NCBI GenBank assembly: GCA_965221955.1
Contig: CBDCTA010000022.1
Span: 160,001-224,000, forward strand
Reading direction: 5' to 3'
From: Gammaproteobacteria bacterium
Lineage (GTDB): Bacteria; Pseudomonadota; Gammaproteobacteria; UBA4575
DNA: 64,000 bases
Below the pieces are notes generated by a model. It was not told the DNA's origin, made no database searches, and saw only the letters and a program-made list of their open reading frames with translations. The position numbers and the translations under genes are program-made. Positions 53,815 to 64,000 of this stretch are shown here, one piece after another; position 1 is the first letter of the stretch; every line of letters starts with the position of its first letter.

Positions 53815-53920
53815 ATGTGTATTGCTTACTATTAAATTATTGTTTAATAGGTTATAGCATTATAAGATTTCAAAAAGCGATTAAATACACAAATTTAGTG
53901 ATTAACGGAAATAATTTAGC

Positions 53921-54322
53921 TCACCATTTAGCAGCAGGCACTTTTACTCCTTGTGAATTATAGGTTAAGTTCCCATCACTATTTTGAGCAGTTCCTGCTG
54001 TTGCTGTTAGAACTACACACTGAGAAATTCCTCCGCCGCATGCAGCCGCGGAAACTGTGTAAAATCCTTCATCAGAATTTGTATCAGTAAGACCTAGTCC
54101 TGCTGGTTCTGCTCCTGTCAAGTTTGTCGTGTATGACCCATAGTTTGTAAAAAATCTTTCTTGAGCATTCATCACCTCCATCAACATGGCTTGTCCATCA
54201 GATCTTCTGGTTTTGATCATCTGATCACGGTATGAAGGGTACGCAATACTCGCTAAAACTCCTACGATCGCTACAACAATCATTAATTCGATTAACGTAA
54301 TACCTTTTTGTTTATTGTGCAT
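53921..54322 (-). CDS. pilE: Type IV minor pilin, PilE-like (second paralog)
   Basis: G/ITLIELMIVVAIVGVLASIAYPSY...RRSDGQ. Confidence 0.88.
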   Translation of the reverse strand: MHNKQKGITLIELMIVVAIVGVLASIAYPSYRDQMIKTRRSDGQAMLMEVMNAQERFFTNYGSYTTNLTGAEPAGLGLTDTNSDEGFYTVSAAACGGGISQCVVLTATAGTAQNSDGNLTYNSQGVKVPAAKW

Positions 54323-54346
54323 GAACTTTTCCTAATTAATGCAAAA

Positions 54347-54703
54347 TTAATTTAACTTGACACTGCCTTTAGGCACGATCCATATTTCAGTAATTGTTTC
54401 ATCATTATTTGAAGTCATGAATGTGATATTAGACCCTTTGCTTAAATTGTTTATCGAACCAAACTCATTCTTTTTCGAATGGACTTTTACATTTTGACCT
54501 AAATAATATTTAGTTGCGTTAATCATTATCGTATTCTTTGATCGATCTAATTCTTGTACAACGCCTTGGTTTCGCGCGACTTGATATTTTCCTAAAGTTA
54601 CTGCCTTAATCGCAAGATCATGCTCATTGGTCTCACTCCATGCAATACTCCCTAAGATAAAACTTAGAAAAAAAACAATCAAAATTTTAGCTGTGACTTT
54701 CAT
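54347..54703 (-). CDS. Small exported protein in the PilY2 position
   Basis: Signal peptide; lies between pilY1 and pilE as PilY2 does in Pseudomonas; beta-rich. Assignment is mainly positional. Confidence 0.55.
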   Translation of the reverse strand: MKVTAKILIVFFLSFILGSIAWSETNEHDLAIKAVTLGKYQVARNQGVVQELDRSKNTIMINATKYYLGQNVKVHSKKNEFGSINNLSKGSNITFMTSNNDETITEIWIVPKGSVKLN

Positions 54704-54721
54704 AATGTTCCTTTCATGAAT

Positions 54722-57700
54722 CTATTGTACAATTAACTCACGCCACGAGTTTCTGCCGGTAGTTGCAGTAGCCTCTGTATTAGTTCCGATACTTCGTACA
54801 GTTTTATCACTTTGTTGCGTTACACGATATTTACCAATAAATGCAGCATCGGTTGGTGTCGTGTCATCAAATCGTATCCCCGCAACAATGTATGCATCTC
54901 CAGCTGTGTCGTTAATATTGTCGTCTAAATCAAATGTACCGTCTGCATTGATATCAAATATAAAATCAGATCCAGAGCCGCCCGTTAATGGATTAAATGC
55001 TAATTCAAATCCACCAGCTCCTGTGTTACACGGGTTAGAGCTTTTAGGAATGATCGTATTTACGAATAGGAAGTCCCCACGTAACTGAAGATTACGCACG
55101 GCACGCTCTCCAGGATATTCAACTCCTGAGGATAATCCAGCAGCTGGCATGTCAAGATCAATATACCAACCCATCACTTTGTTATTTGTACTGCCAGTGT
55201 CTTTCCAATTAATTGCATTATTGGTCAAGGATCGAACCGTGAAGCCGTGCTCTTTGCTGGTGTGATTTGTAAAAATTTGTTCAACTAGTTGATTATCAGA
55301 ATCAACCATTAGCACTTCATTGCCCGTGCCGTTATCCCAGATACCGTAAATAGATTGAATATCGGTGCTAGTTGAATCATCTGAAGTCATCCAACTTCCT
55401 GTCGCAACAATTACGATGTATCCACCTTCATCTTTGTTTTTAACTACAATCGGTCGATTAATAATAGGTTGAACGGCTGTTCTTGGATAACTTGTGCCAT
55501 AACGCGCTTTAAAAAGAACATCGCGATTCGACGAATCATCCCATTGACTTGGGTTGGTGCTGCTTACATCAACTCGATATAAGTTGCCTTGTAAATCGCC
55601 CGCATACAGTTGATCCACAGTTCCATCTCCATCTATGTCGATGCCTCGAACCCCGCCAATTCCATTTGGTGTGGTGCCATCACTGCTCTCTGCTTTTCCA
55701 TAACCTGTGCTAATTTTTATATAGTCTGATCCTGACGTCCAAACGCCATCTTGACCAGCTTCTAAAAAGGCCATATAAATAGCAGCATCACCATCTGTAC
55801 TGGTACTGTTAAAGCCATTACCAAAAATAGCTACCCAATCTTTTTCACCATCACTATTTATATCGGCATTACTCATCGCCAATAATGGCGCACTAAAACT
55901 ATAACCTAAGTCACTATTACCAATAATACCGTCATCTGCTTCTGTGAACTCCCACATTACATTTTGTGCAGCATTTGTCTCTGTTGTAAATGCAGAAGGG
56001 TCTGTGATATTTAAAGCATAGTAGCCCTTACCACCCGCACCCAATCCACCAACTAAAACAGTATTCCATGAGGCATCAGTGCTACCTGATTTTTTCATAA
56101 ATACATCATTGATACTTGGAGTGAGATCAACATAAAAACGGTGATCGTAATCAGGATCAGTTAATTCAGATAATTCATCAAATAGAATATTTGGGACATA
56201 CGCAAACAGCTCTTCACCATCTGTAGCCTTAAATGCATGTAACATTCCATCATTTGCGCCTACGTACACTACCGAGGTTCGATTAGCATTATCACTTTTA
56301 AAAGTTGTATATAGATCATCCACATTAGAAGGAAACTCTCCAGGAAAGGCGCCTGAAATGCGCCCAGTAAATGAGGGTTGTCCTACATAGACGGGGGTTG
56401 AATGAACAATATCACCCAATTTTCCAGCAAATAACGGTCGAATGCGGAACTCACCATCATCAAAAGTTGGCCCTTCATCAACAGAGTGACCTCTAAGATA
56501 ATTTAAACGCTCGTCACCCACGTCTGAAACATTTGCAGGAACAGGCTGATCTAGTGCATACATTTGTGTACTGGTATTATTGCGAGGTCCTGTAATCTTG
56601 CTCGAACCAGCCCATTTAAATGCAACACCTTGACTTGAAGCACCATTATCATCATAGGTGATAATGACACGGCTATCGCTACTAGCACCTGTTTTATTAT
56701 CTAACTCTTCTGCAGCATTCCATTCAAAAATAGGATCGCCGTTTGTATCCACATTTAATGTTCCATTAAAATTAATTCGTTGCGCTACCAAAGAACCTGT
56801 GTTGTCTTGTGTATTAAAAAATGCACGGAATACAACAGAATCAGCTTCAATGGTTTGACTATTGAAAGCTACAGAAGATGCAGCACCTTCACCCGTACCT
56901 ATTTCATCAAAGATCTCTTCCAATGTATTCGCAAGGACTTCAGGATTATTCGCACTGGTAAAACTTCCACGACCGTTGTAGGCAGCATGTCGTAGATCAT
57001 CGATCTTTTCAGGATCTCCATCATCTGGGTCTGGCCAATATGACTTGTTCACAACGGTAGGATCCGAAGGCATAGTACTTAGCGTGCCCTCCACACCAAA
57101 ACCAACCGAGTAGGTAGCCATATGCTGGTGCATGGTGTCTTCTAACGTCAGTGTCGTAGCAGTGTCAGGATAGCGTGACACATCTTTGTTTGTTGTAGGC
57201 ACATCATTTGCTAAAGAGCTATGTAAATCATTCTCATAATATTCCATAGCAATGTCTGCTAATGTATCTGAATAATCATCAGCAAATGCACCATTATCAA
57301 AATTTGTATCATCATCGCCGTCTTCATCACTAACACCAGGATCGGAACCATTGTAAAAACCATCCGTCATTAAAATTGCAAAATTTTGTTGACAAGTACC
57401 GTTTGGCGCTGCCTCGATAGGACAACCTGAACTACCTGGTGTGGAATCACTTGTTGACCCAAAAATATCACCGTCTTCGCACTCAAAGTAACGCCCAACT
57501 TGTTCAAAGTTCTCTCTTAGAGGTGTTCCACCGCTAGGGCGTGTTGAAAAAATATTATCTAGTAATGACTTCTTGTTTCCACTACCTGGCGATAAATTCA
57601 TTGAGCTTACTTGTGTTGCAACACTATTATTATCATGCAGCGTGGCGTAACCAATGCGCGCTAACGTTGTCTCATCGATTACATTACTTAAAGCTGCTTT

Positions 57701-58657
57701 CGCAACAAGATCACGCTTACGATAATACTGAAACCAGTTAGCAAAGTTTTGCATTTCTTCAGCATAACTGCAGGTTACGGTTCCGTTTCCATTATCAATA
57801 CTACAGTCGCTGCGGCCGGTTTCGTTTGTGCTATTATAAATAGATCGCGTAAAGGTAGCTGGACAACTTGCACCTGTAGTACACCCTCCCGTTCTAATTT
57901 CAATTAACTGGTGAGAGTCATTGTCATCCACATCACCATCAGTATCGGTATCGGTCCAGGTGTAGTAACGAGCCGGGTAGTAGTCGGTGTTATTAAACAC
58001 AAAAACAATGCCCATAGCTTCATCAGACCATCCTGGCAATCCTGCCGCGGTGCACTCTGTAGAAACACAAGATGCAGAATACGTATGTGTTGTTGTTAAG
58101 TCTAAGCCGCCTTGAGCAGCGTCATATGGGTTATAAAGTGCGTTCGTCGCTGATGCATCTGCGTAAGTAGTGCCAGAATTATCAACACCCGCCCAGGGTT
58201 TATATGTAGTCTCAGGGTTATAGTAAACTTTATTGTAATCCACATTCCTAGCACGCCACACACCCAAATAAGGGGCAGCAACACCTTGTGCATTTAAAAA
58301 ATCCTCAGATGGCATAACAAAGAAACTGGCATTTGAAGCAGGAGGTGTAGCCCCTGTTGTTACACCATTATCAGGATGTGCATAATAATAAACAAAATTA
58401 CCTCCAGTTGTACCTCCATTAGGTAAATGCATCCTTCCTTCTCTTTCAGGCGTCATTAAACCCCAGTCCATACTACCTGAATCATCATTAAGTACTATTA
58501 TATTGGGCTCTACACCTGTTGAAACTTCCAATACCGTGTTCGAAAGATCGAGTGGCCCGGTATATCCTACGTTACTAACCATTACCAAGGTTGATACAAC
58601 TGTGAAATACAATATTCGTATATAAAGCTGCTTAAACTTGTTTGTTTGAATACTCAT
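54722..58657 (-). CDS. pilY1: Type IV pilus tip adhesin PilY1 (vWA plus PilC beta-propeller)
   Basis: PNI...DDSGSM MIDAS, NFANWFQYYR, LGDIVHSTP, VGANDGMLHAF, ELFAYVP, Ca loop DIDGDGTVD, C-terminal GRNSWREL. Confidence 0.93.
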   Translation of the reverse strand: MSIQTNKFKQLYIRILYFTVVSTLVMVSNVGYTGPLDLSNTVLEVSTGVEPNIIVLNDDSGSMDWGLMTPEREGRMHLPNGGTTGGNFVYYYAHPDNGVTTGATPPASNASFFVMPSEDFLNAQGVAAPYLGVWRARNVDYNKVYYNPETTYKPWAGVDNSGTTYADASATNALYNPYDAAQGGLDLTTTHTYSASCVSTECTAAGLPGWSDEAMGIVFVFNNTDYYPARYYTWTDTDTDGDVDDNDSHQLIEIRTGGCTTGASCPATFTRSIYNSTNETGRSDCSIDNGNGTVTCSYAEEMQNFANWFQYYRKRDLVAKAALSNVIDETTLARIGYATLHDNNSVATQVSSMNLSPGSGNKKSLLDNIFSTRPSGGTPLRENFEQVGRYFECEDGDIFGSTSDSTPGSSGCPIEAAPNGTCQQNFAILMTDGFYNGSDPGVSDEDGDDDTNFDNGAFADDYSDTLADIAMEYYENDLHSSLANDVPTTNKDVSRYPDTATTLTLEDTMHQHMATYSVGFGVEGTLSTMPSDPTVVNKSYWPDPDDGDPEKIDDLRHAAYNGRGSFTSANNPEVLANTLEEIFDEIGTGEGAASSVAFNSQTIEADSVVFRAFFNTQDNTGSLVAQRINFNGTLNVDTNGDPIFEWNAAEELDNKTGASSDSRVIITYDDNGASSQGVAFKWAGSSKITGPRNNTSTQMYALDQPVPANVSDVGDERLNYLRGHSVDEGPTFDDGEFRIRPLFAGKLGDIVHSTPVYVGQPSFTGRISGAFPGEFPSNVDDLYTTFKSDNANRTSVVYVGANDGMLHAFKATDGEELFAYVPNILFDELSELTDPDYDHRFYVDLTPSINDVFMKKSGSTDASWNTVLVGGLGAGGKGYYALNITDPSAFTTETNAAQNVMWEFTEADDGIIGNSDLGYSFSAPLLAMSNADINSDGEKDWVAIFGNGFNSTSTDGDAAIYMAFLEAGQDGVWTSGSDYIKISTGYGKAESSDGTTPNGIGGVRGIDIDGDGTVDQLYAGDLQGNLYRVDVSSTNPSQWDDSSNRDVLFKARYGTSYPRTAVQPIINRPIVVKNKDEGGYIVIVATGSWMTSDDSTSTDIQSIYGIWDNGTGNEVLMVDSDNQLVEQIFTNHTSKEHGFTVRSLTNNAINWKDTGSTNNKVMGWYIDLDMPAAGLSSGVEYPGERAVRNLQLRGDFLFVNTIIPKSSNPCNTGAGGFELAFNPLTGGSGSDFIFDINADGTFDLDDNINDTAGDAYIVAGIRFDDTTPTDAAFIGKYRVTQQSDKTVRSIGTNTEATATTGRNSWRELIVQ

Positions 58658-58693
58658 TGATCCTACTCCGAATTCCTTTTCTTCATATAATCT

Positions 58694-59251
58694 CTACAAA
58701 CGCTTTCCATATGTAGATTGTAAAATTACGACGGCATTGTCATTACTTCCTGTGCCTCTCGCTGTGACACGAAACATTTCTGTTTGTCCAGCACCTGTAC
58801 CTGCGCCATAATTATCTAAATTTAAATTGTCAACTTCTTCAACATTTGAAGCATAGTATTCAATAATATATCTTGGTGATTGATTAACTTTGTAAGTGTT
58901 ATCAAAAGTACTATGTGATATTACTTCGTTATCATTTCCTGAATCCGTTCCATTCCAATCAACCACATTCCAAATTTTTTCTATCGAATCATCATATAGA
59001 CCATCTGTACCATCCGTATCAAAATTACCTACTGTGATAACATTGTTTTCAATAAAACGCTCGCCAACTAATAACGCTGCTTCTGCTGCTTCAAATGCAA
59101 CATGCTTATCTTTTGAGTTACCTGACATTTTTTCTTCAAATGTCGACATTCGCATGCCCGTTAAACCAATTAAGGTGAGAACGATCAACATCAGCATGCC
59201 TATTACAAGCACAACACCTTTTTGTCTCTTTTGTAAATTGATTATCTGCAT
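58694..59251 (-). CDS. pilX: Type IV minor pilin PilX
   Basis: QKG/VVLVIGML (no E5), AFEAAEAAL, FRVTARG...VILQSTY. Confidence 0.9.
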   Translation of the reverse strand: MQIINLQKRQKGVVLVIGMLMLIVLTLIGLTGMRMSTFEEKMSGNSKDKHVAFEAAEAALLVGERFIENNVITVGNFDTDGTDGLYDDSIEKIWNVVDWNGTDSGNDNEVISHSTFDNTYKVNQSPRYIIEYYASNVEEVDNLNLDNYGAGTGAGQTEMFRVTARGTGSNDNAVVILQSTYGKRL

Positions 59252-59266
59252 AAGATTTATTCCGAA

Positions 59267-60412
59267 TTAATTTAGGCCACGATTTCGTACTTTAATCGTT
59301 GAGTTAAAAACATTTCTTAATCGTCGATCGCCGTCATGAGTAATAGTTGTACTCGTATCTGCAATAGCAGTACCAGCCACATTGTAGGAATTGGTATCAT
59401 TTATTTTGTTTATTTGATCCGGCGAATGTGACAAAAACCCTACCCTTACAGAAACTACATCATTCCATGTAGTAACATTATTTGCAGTAAAATAGCGCTC
59501 GGGTTGCGTGTCACTATCCGTGTCTTCACCGTATAAAATTTGCATATTTTCAATACCGTCTAGTAGCTCCTCAGATGCAAATGCAATACTTGTTCCTGCG
59601 GTATCAACCTCTGAGATCGTACGTCTATACAATGATCGACTATTTCCTGATGCACTCACACCAATGTAATATCCAACAGCTTTGAAATTTAACCAACTGT
59701 GAACCAGGTCCATATGTATGTGGTTCTAACCGCAGTCGAATCATCTGAGCAATCACCAATTCCCCCCTAACGCAACGTTGAGCAATTTCCTGGTGATACT
59801 GCATGTACCAGTATTGTGTACAACAGTTACGTTAGAGGAATTTACGTTTGAAACTTGGAATATTGCAGCAGCAGTTCCATCACAAATCAACGCTATATCA
59901 CCATCATCTAAAGTGTGTAGGTCATTTAATTTAAACTGTGCAGATACTGGATTATGTTGAGTGACTTTATAAATCTCGTCGTCCCCACGTAAAATAACAA
60001 TGGCATCTGTGCCTGCTACACGATCACCAGGACTTGTACCTACAGCTGGAAAGCCTGATGGGAAACACACTTATGCCGCCTTCATATCCTATTAAAGCGA
60101 ACGATCCGAAAAAAGTCATAAATAAGATCTCAGTACCTTGATTTAATTGAATTAGCGATGTTCGCCCGTAAGGCGACACGGCATAAATCCAGCCATTCGA
60201 ATATCTTGCCGTAGATATTCCATTGCAAAGCGTGCACTTTCTTGAAGTCGAGATAGATTTTCAGATAAGTTGTAGGTTTCTTTCGTAGTTAAATAAACTT
60301 TTGTAATTCCAGTAGTCAAAAGCAAACCAAGTACTAATGCCACCATTAGCTCGATTATAGTTAAACCTTTATTTTTCTTTTTTGTTGAAAATGTTTTATT
60401 TTTTAAGCTCAT
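59267..60412 (-). pseudogene. pilW: Type IV minor pilin PilW, broken into three ORF pieces by frameshifts (probable read errors)
   Basis: G/LTIIELMVAL...LQESARFAM...DIRMAGF; middle GTDAIVI; C-terminal ELLDGIENMQILYGED...VVSVRV...STIKVRN. Confidence 0.85.
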
Positions 60413-60900
60413 AATTCTGTGCTCACCTGAAAAGTTCTTTGCACCCCATCTCGATCATTCCAGCGCACACTTACGGTATGGATAGTTCCATTGCGTGTAA
60501 CAGCACCGTCACCTCCAGGTAGTAGCCCAGAAATTGATAAAGTAGTAGAACAAGTATTAATTGCATCCCAATTACCTAAAGAACATTTCCATTCATTAAT
60601 GTCGTATGCAGCTAACTCTGCAGTGGTGCATGCACCAGACTGACACTCCGTGGTTCCTGAAGGAGCTGTTCCTAGAGCTGTTACGTATGAACCGCCTTGA
60701 GCTGCACCAAGATTGGCGCGCATTTTATCGACCATGTCATAAGCTAAGAAAGAAGCTTGTGTACGTAAGTATGCACTATGGTTATTTTTCATACTTAAGG
60801 TTTGCAAAGCTGCTAAACCCACTAAACCAATAGATAACACAACAACTGCAATAAGCACTTCGATTAAAGTTGTACCAATTTGCGTTTTTAAATTATGCAT
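60409..60900 (-). CDS. pilV: Type IV minor pilin PilV
   Basis: G/TTLIEVLIAVVVLSIGLVGLAALQ...RTQASFLAYDMVDKMRAN. Confidence 0.92.
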   Translation of the reverse strand: MHNLKTQIGTTLIEVLIAVVVLSIGLVGLAALQTLSMKNNHSAYLRTQASFLAYDMVDKMRANLGAAQGGSYVTALGTAPSGTTECQSGACTTAELAAYDINEWKCSLGNWDAINTCSTTLSISGLLPGGDGAVTRNGTIHTVSVRWNDRDGVQRTFQVSTEL

Positions 60901-60919
60901 AAGGAGCTACTTACTAACT

Positions 60920-61510
60920 TTAAGCTGGTGTACATGAAGTAATATTATTTCCTGCATCGTCTTCAGGAACTTTGTCATTATTTGTATCTTTTGCGACACG
61001 CGCTCGACCAGAGGTAATTACAAACACAGCACGTGATTTTGTAGTGTCAGCACTTTTACACAGGACAAAATGATCCTGTGCCGCATCAGGGTCCGCATTT
61101 GCAATACCACCAGTAGGTAAATATGAAATAAAATTAGCGAATCGATTGTTGCCTCGTAGAGTAATGTTAGCGTCTAAGGCTTCGTGAATTTTTAATAGTT
61201 GTTCCCCCGCATCATAGTTGCCATCAGCAGGTGCATCATCAACAAATACTAACCAACCGTCTTCATAACCGCTCGCACCACAATTAACCCCATCATCACT
61301 CATGCATACAGTAACTCTTTTACCGGTTTTCACAGATTCACTTCGAGCATATTGAAGTGTTGAGATAAGCTCATTAATTTTTGTTGATAACTGGTTTTGC
61401 TCTATAGTATTTGAAAAACTCGGCAAACCCATAGTCAACATAACTGATATTAAGGCAACAGCAATCATAAGTTCAAAAATTGTGAAACCACGATGTAGTT
61501 TTGTTTTCAT
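60920..61510 (-). CDS. FimT/FimU (GspH-family) minor pilin
   Basis: RG/FTIFELMIA, LQYARSESVK...VTVC, GWLVFVD. Start placed at MKTK (61510). Confidence 0.9.
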   Translation of the reverse strand: MKTKLHRGFTIFELMIAVALISVMLTMGLPSFSNTIEQNQLSTKINELISTLQYARSESVKTGKRVTVCMSDDGVNCGASGYEDGWLVFVDDAPADGNYDAGEQLLKIHEALDANITLRGNNRFANFISYLPTGGIANADPDAAQDHFVLCKSADTTKSRAVFVITSGRARVAKDTNNDKVPEDDAGNNITSCTPA

Positions 61511-61934
61511 AATCCTAAAATCTAATCTTTGAAAGAGAGGGAGCACCTCTCTCGTCCAACAATGCAAATTACTTTACATTGATATGCAAGGATTTTTCAC
61601 GAGTGCGTTGTAACTCGCTTGGATTCTCTGATGAGCGGAAGTGCTTGATTTTAAAATGTGAAATAGGTTTATTGCCTGCAAAATAGCGCAACAATTTTTA
61701 CCGATGAGTGGTAAATATGATAAATTTTGTTTACAATCTTCTTAAAAATATTTCAGTGTAATTTTATGCTGATTACAATCCCTGCAAAAATTTGATTGCG
61801 CATACAAACTATTTATTTTCATTAGAATTTAAATCAAACGCATAAAAAAAACAGATAAATAGAGCGGAGGCTCAAATACCGATCGAGCTGTAAATATACT
61901 AGTAAATAGAGATTCCTTGAATGTGCTATTCCAG

Positions 61935-62417
61935 CTACCACTTTGAAGCTGGTGTTTTCACATTACGTGAATTATAGGTGAGATTGCCATCACTTGTTTG
62001 ACCTGCCTGTGCGGTTGCAGTCAAGTAATACACAATCTAGATATGGGTGTAGGCGCATCACACACTGCTGCTGTTATTAAATAAAATCCTTTTTCAGAAG
62101 GCACCGTTCCATCTCCATTAGGAGTCAGGATAGTTTAAGCCTACCGTCTCCGCCAGCTACTAGATTGTCTATAGTATAAGCTACTATTTCTAGCAGTAGA
62201 ACTTCTGTTGCTCGTTCATGCATAATCTCTAACAACATTCTTTGTCCGTCCGAACGACGGTTTTCAAGCTATTTGAGACTCATAGTTTGGGTACGCAAGT
62301 ACGACAAGAATAGATAATGCTGCAATCAGTACCATCATTAATTCGATGAGGGTGATACCTGAGTTTTGTTTCAGACAATTTGACTTAAAACTATTGAAAA
62401 ACTTAAGTTGTATTCAT
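61935..62417 (-). pseudogene. PilE-like pilin of a second cluster, heavily frameshifted
   Basis: Minus strand SG/ITLIELMMVL...LAYPNY...RRSDGQRMLLEIM...KTPASKW-stop, read across frames; similar to 53921-54322. Confidence 0.75.
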
Positions 62418-62425
62418 GGAATAAG

Positions 62426-64000
62426 TTACTGTCGTAATTCTTTCCATGAATGTCTACCTAGCAATGCGCCATAACCCACCACCACCATTTAAGTCTGGAT
62501 TAACAAGTATTCTATCCACATACTCCGTATGCTGAGAGTTGCGTGATACGCGATAGTCGCCAATAAAAGTGCTAGAATCACTTGGAATCCCACTCTTGAA
62601 ATTGTGTTCCAGCAATAGTACTCGATAAGCCTGTACAGTACTGATTAATATATTATCGTTCAGCATCAAATAACACCATCTATATTAATATCGAAAATTA
62701 TGACTTCGATGTCTACGCCACCATCTCAATGCGATTTACACTTAAACCAAATCCACCCGCAGAGTGGTTCACAACTTGTGCCATCTTGTGGAATCACAGT
62801 ATTAAAAAATAATTGATTATTACGTAGTTGTAAAGTTACGTATTGGTCGCTCACCTGGAAATTGTATGCCACTAGTTCCACTTGGTGGCGGCACATCGAA
62901 AGTCAATGTACCAACCGCGCACATCAGGATCCGAATCCGATGGATTATCGTATATAGTTAACATGGATTTGATCGAAACCGTGCGCACAACTCAATATCA
63001 TTACCATTCACAGCTAGTCTACATGGAAGTTAGTAAAGTTTTGCTCAATCAAGTTCTGTAGTCAAATTAGAATGCTACATTTAGTGCTATTGTTTGAAGT
63101 ATTGCCCGCTGGGTTATCCCAAAGACCATAAATAGACTGAATTGCATGTGCTTGTTGCATCTTCTTTTGTGAAAGTAGCTTCCAGTCCCGACTATTACTA
63201 TATAATCCACCATGCTGGGTTGGCTACATTACTGTGGGACGTGTTGTGATCGGTTGCGAAATCTCGTTTCCTAATGAATCTTCATAGGTTGCGGTAAATA
63301 ATATTCTTTCTATAGTCCAACCCGATGGGTTAGAGCTAGATAGATTGATAATATAAACATTACCTTTGCGGTCCCCAGCGTAGGCACGATCTGCCGTACC
63401 ATCACCATTTGTATCTATTGCCGTAATTCCTCCAATACCATTTGGTGAACCATCGGCTAATGGGCCTTCACCGGTATCAAGTTTGATGTAATCACTACCT
63501 AAACTCCAACCGTTATAGCCATTATCCAAAAACAAAATATAGATCACTGCATTTCCTGTTGCACTGCTATTGCTATCAGCTACAGTATTGTTAAAGCCAT
63601 TACCAAATATGGCGACCCAATCTTTATTTCCTGACGAGGGCGCATTGCTCATGGCGATTACAGGGCGACTGTATGAAAAGCCTAAATCCGCATCATTACT
63701 ATCGGTAAATTCCCACATCACATCTTGTTCATCAAAGATATTCGGTTCAGTAATATCCAGGGCAAAATAACCTTGTCCGCCAGCACCTAAACCATTCACC
63801 AGTACCGTGCGCCACTCTTGTGATCCACCCCTCACAGGATCAATAAACACATCATTAACACTTGGTGTTAAATCAACGAAAAACTCATGTGTGTAATTTG
63901 GGTTGGTGTAATTACCTACTTTATCGAGTAACACATCTGGAATATACGCAAAACGCTCATCTCCTGGGTCAGCAGAAGCGGTGTCATTTACATAGAATGA
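62426..64000 (-). pseudogene. pilY1: Second PilY1 paralog (C-terminal part, continues beyond window), frameshifted
   Basis: ERFAYIP, FFVDLTPSVNDVF, GLGAGGQGYFALDIT, WVAIFGNGFN, DTNGDGTADRAYAGD; ends GRHSWKELRQ-stop at 62426. Confidence 0.85.

Overview
AT-rich chromosomal window from a gammaproteobacterium, made up mostly of core genes. In order: 3' part of an Mrp-type Na+/H+ antiporter operon; a small accessory patch (SnoaL, Rieske, BASS transporter, YegP, a secreted agmatine/peptidylarginine deiminase); gmk-rpoZ-spoT-ridA-recG; an OmpA lipoprotein and several hypotheticals; a complete phosphate cluster (phoBR, pstSCAB-phoU, OprO/P porin, choice-of-anchor-I protein, dgkA, ppk1, ppx); exeA/gspB; pntAB; ispB; rplU-rpmA-obgE-proB; rpsT; murJ-ribF-ileS-lspA-ispH; and two tandem type IV minor-pilin/PilY1 clusters. 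I found no rRNA, tRNA, CRISPR array, integrase or transposase. The strongest unexplained signals are: (1) the deiminase gene is bracketed by 11-6-11 palindromic, tyrosine-recombinase-like sites (ATGTCYGCT..-N6-.AAGCRGACRT), into and around which short double-hairpin CATGGATG repeats have inserted, one nested inside another; (2) gmk is preceded by two further, synonymously diverged copies of a gmk 5' end that form overlapping mini-ORFs; (3) a tandem pair of paralogous hypotheticals with a C-terminal HTH-like domain; (4) a triple Pho box pointing at a DUF3859-like gene. Frameshifts in ppx, pilW and everything beyond ~61.9 kb look like long-read errors. All family assignments are from motif recognition, not database searches.
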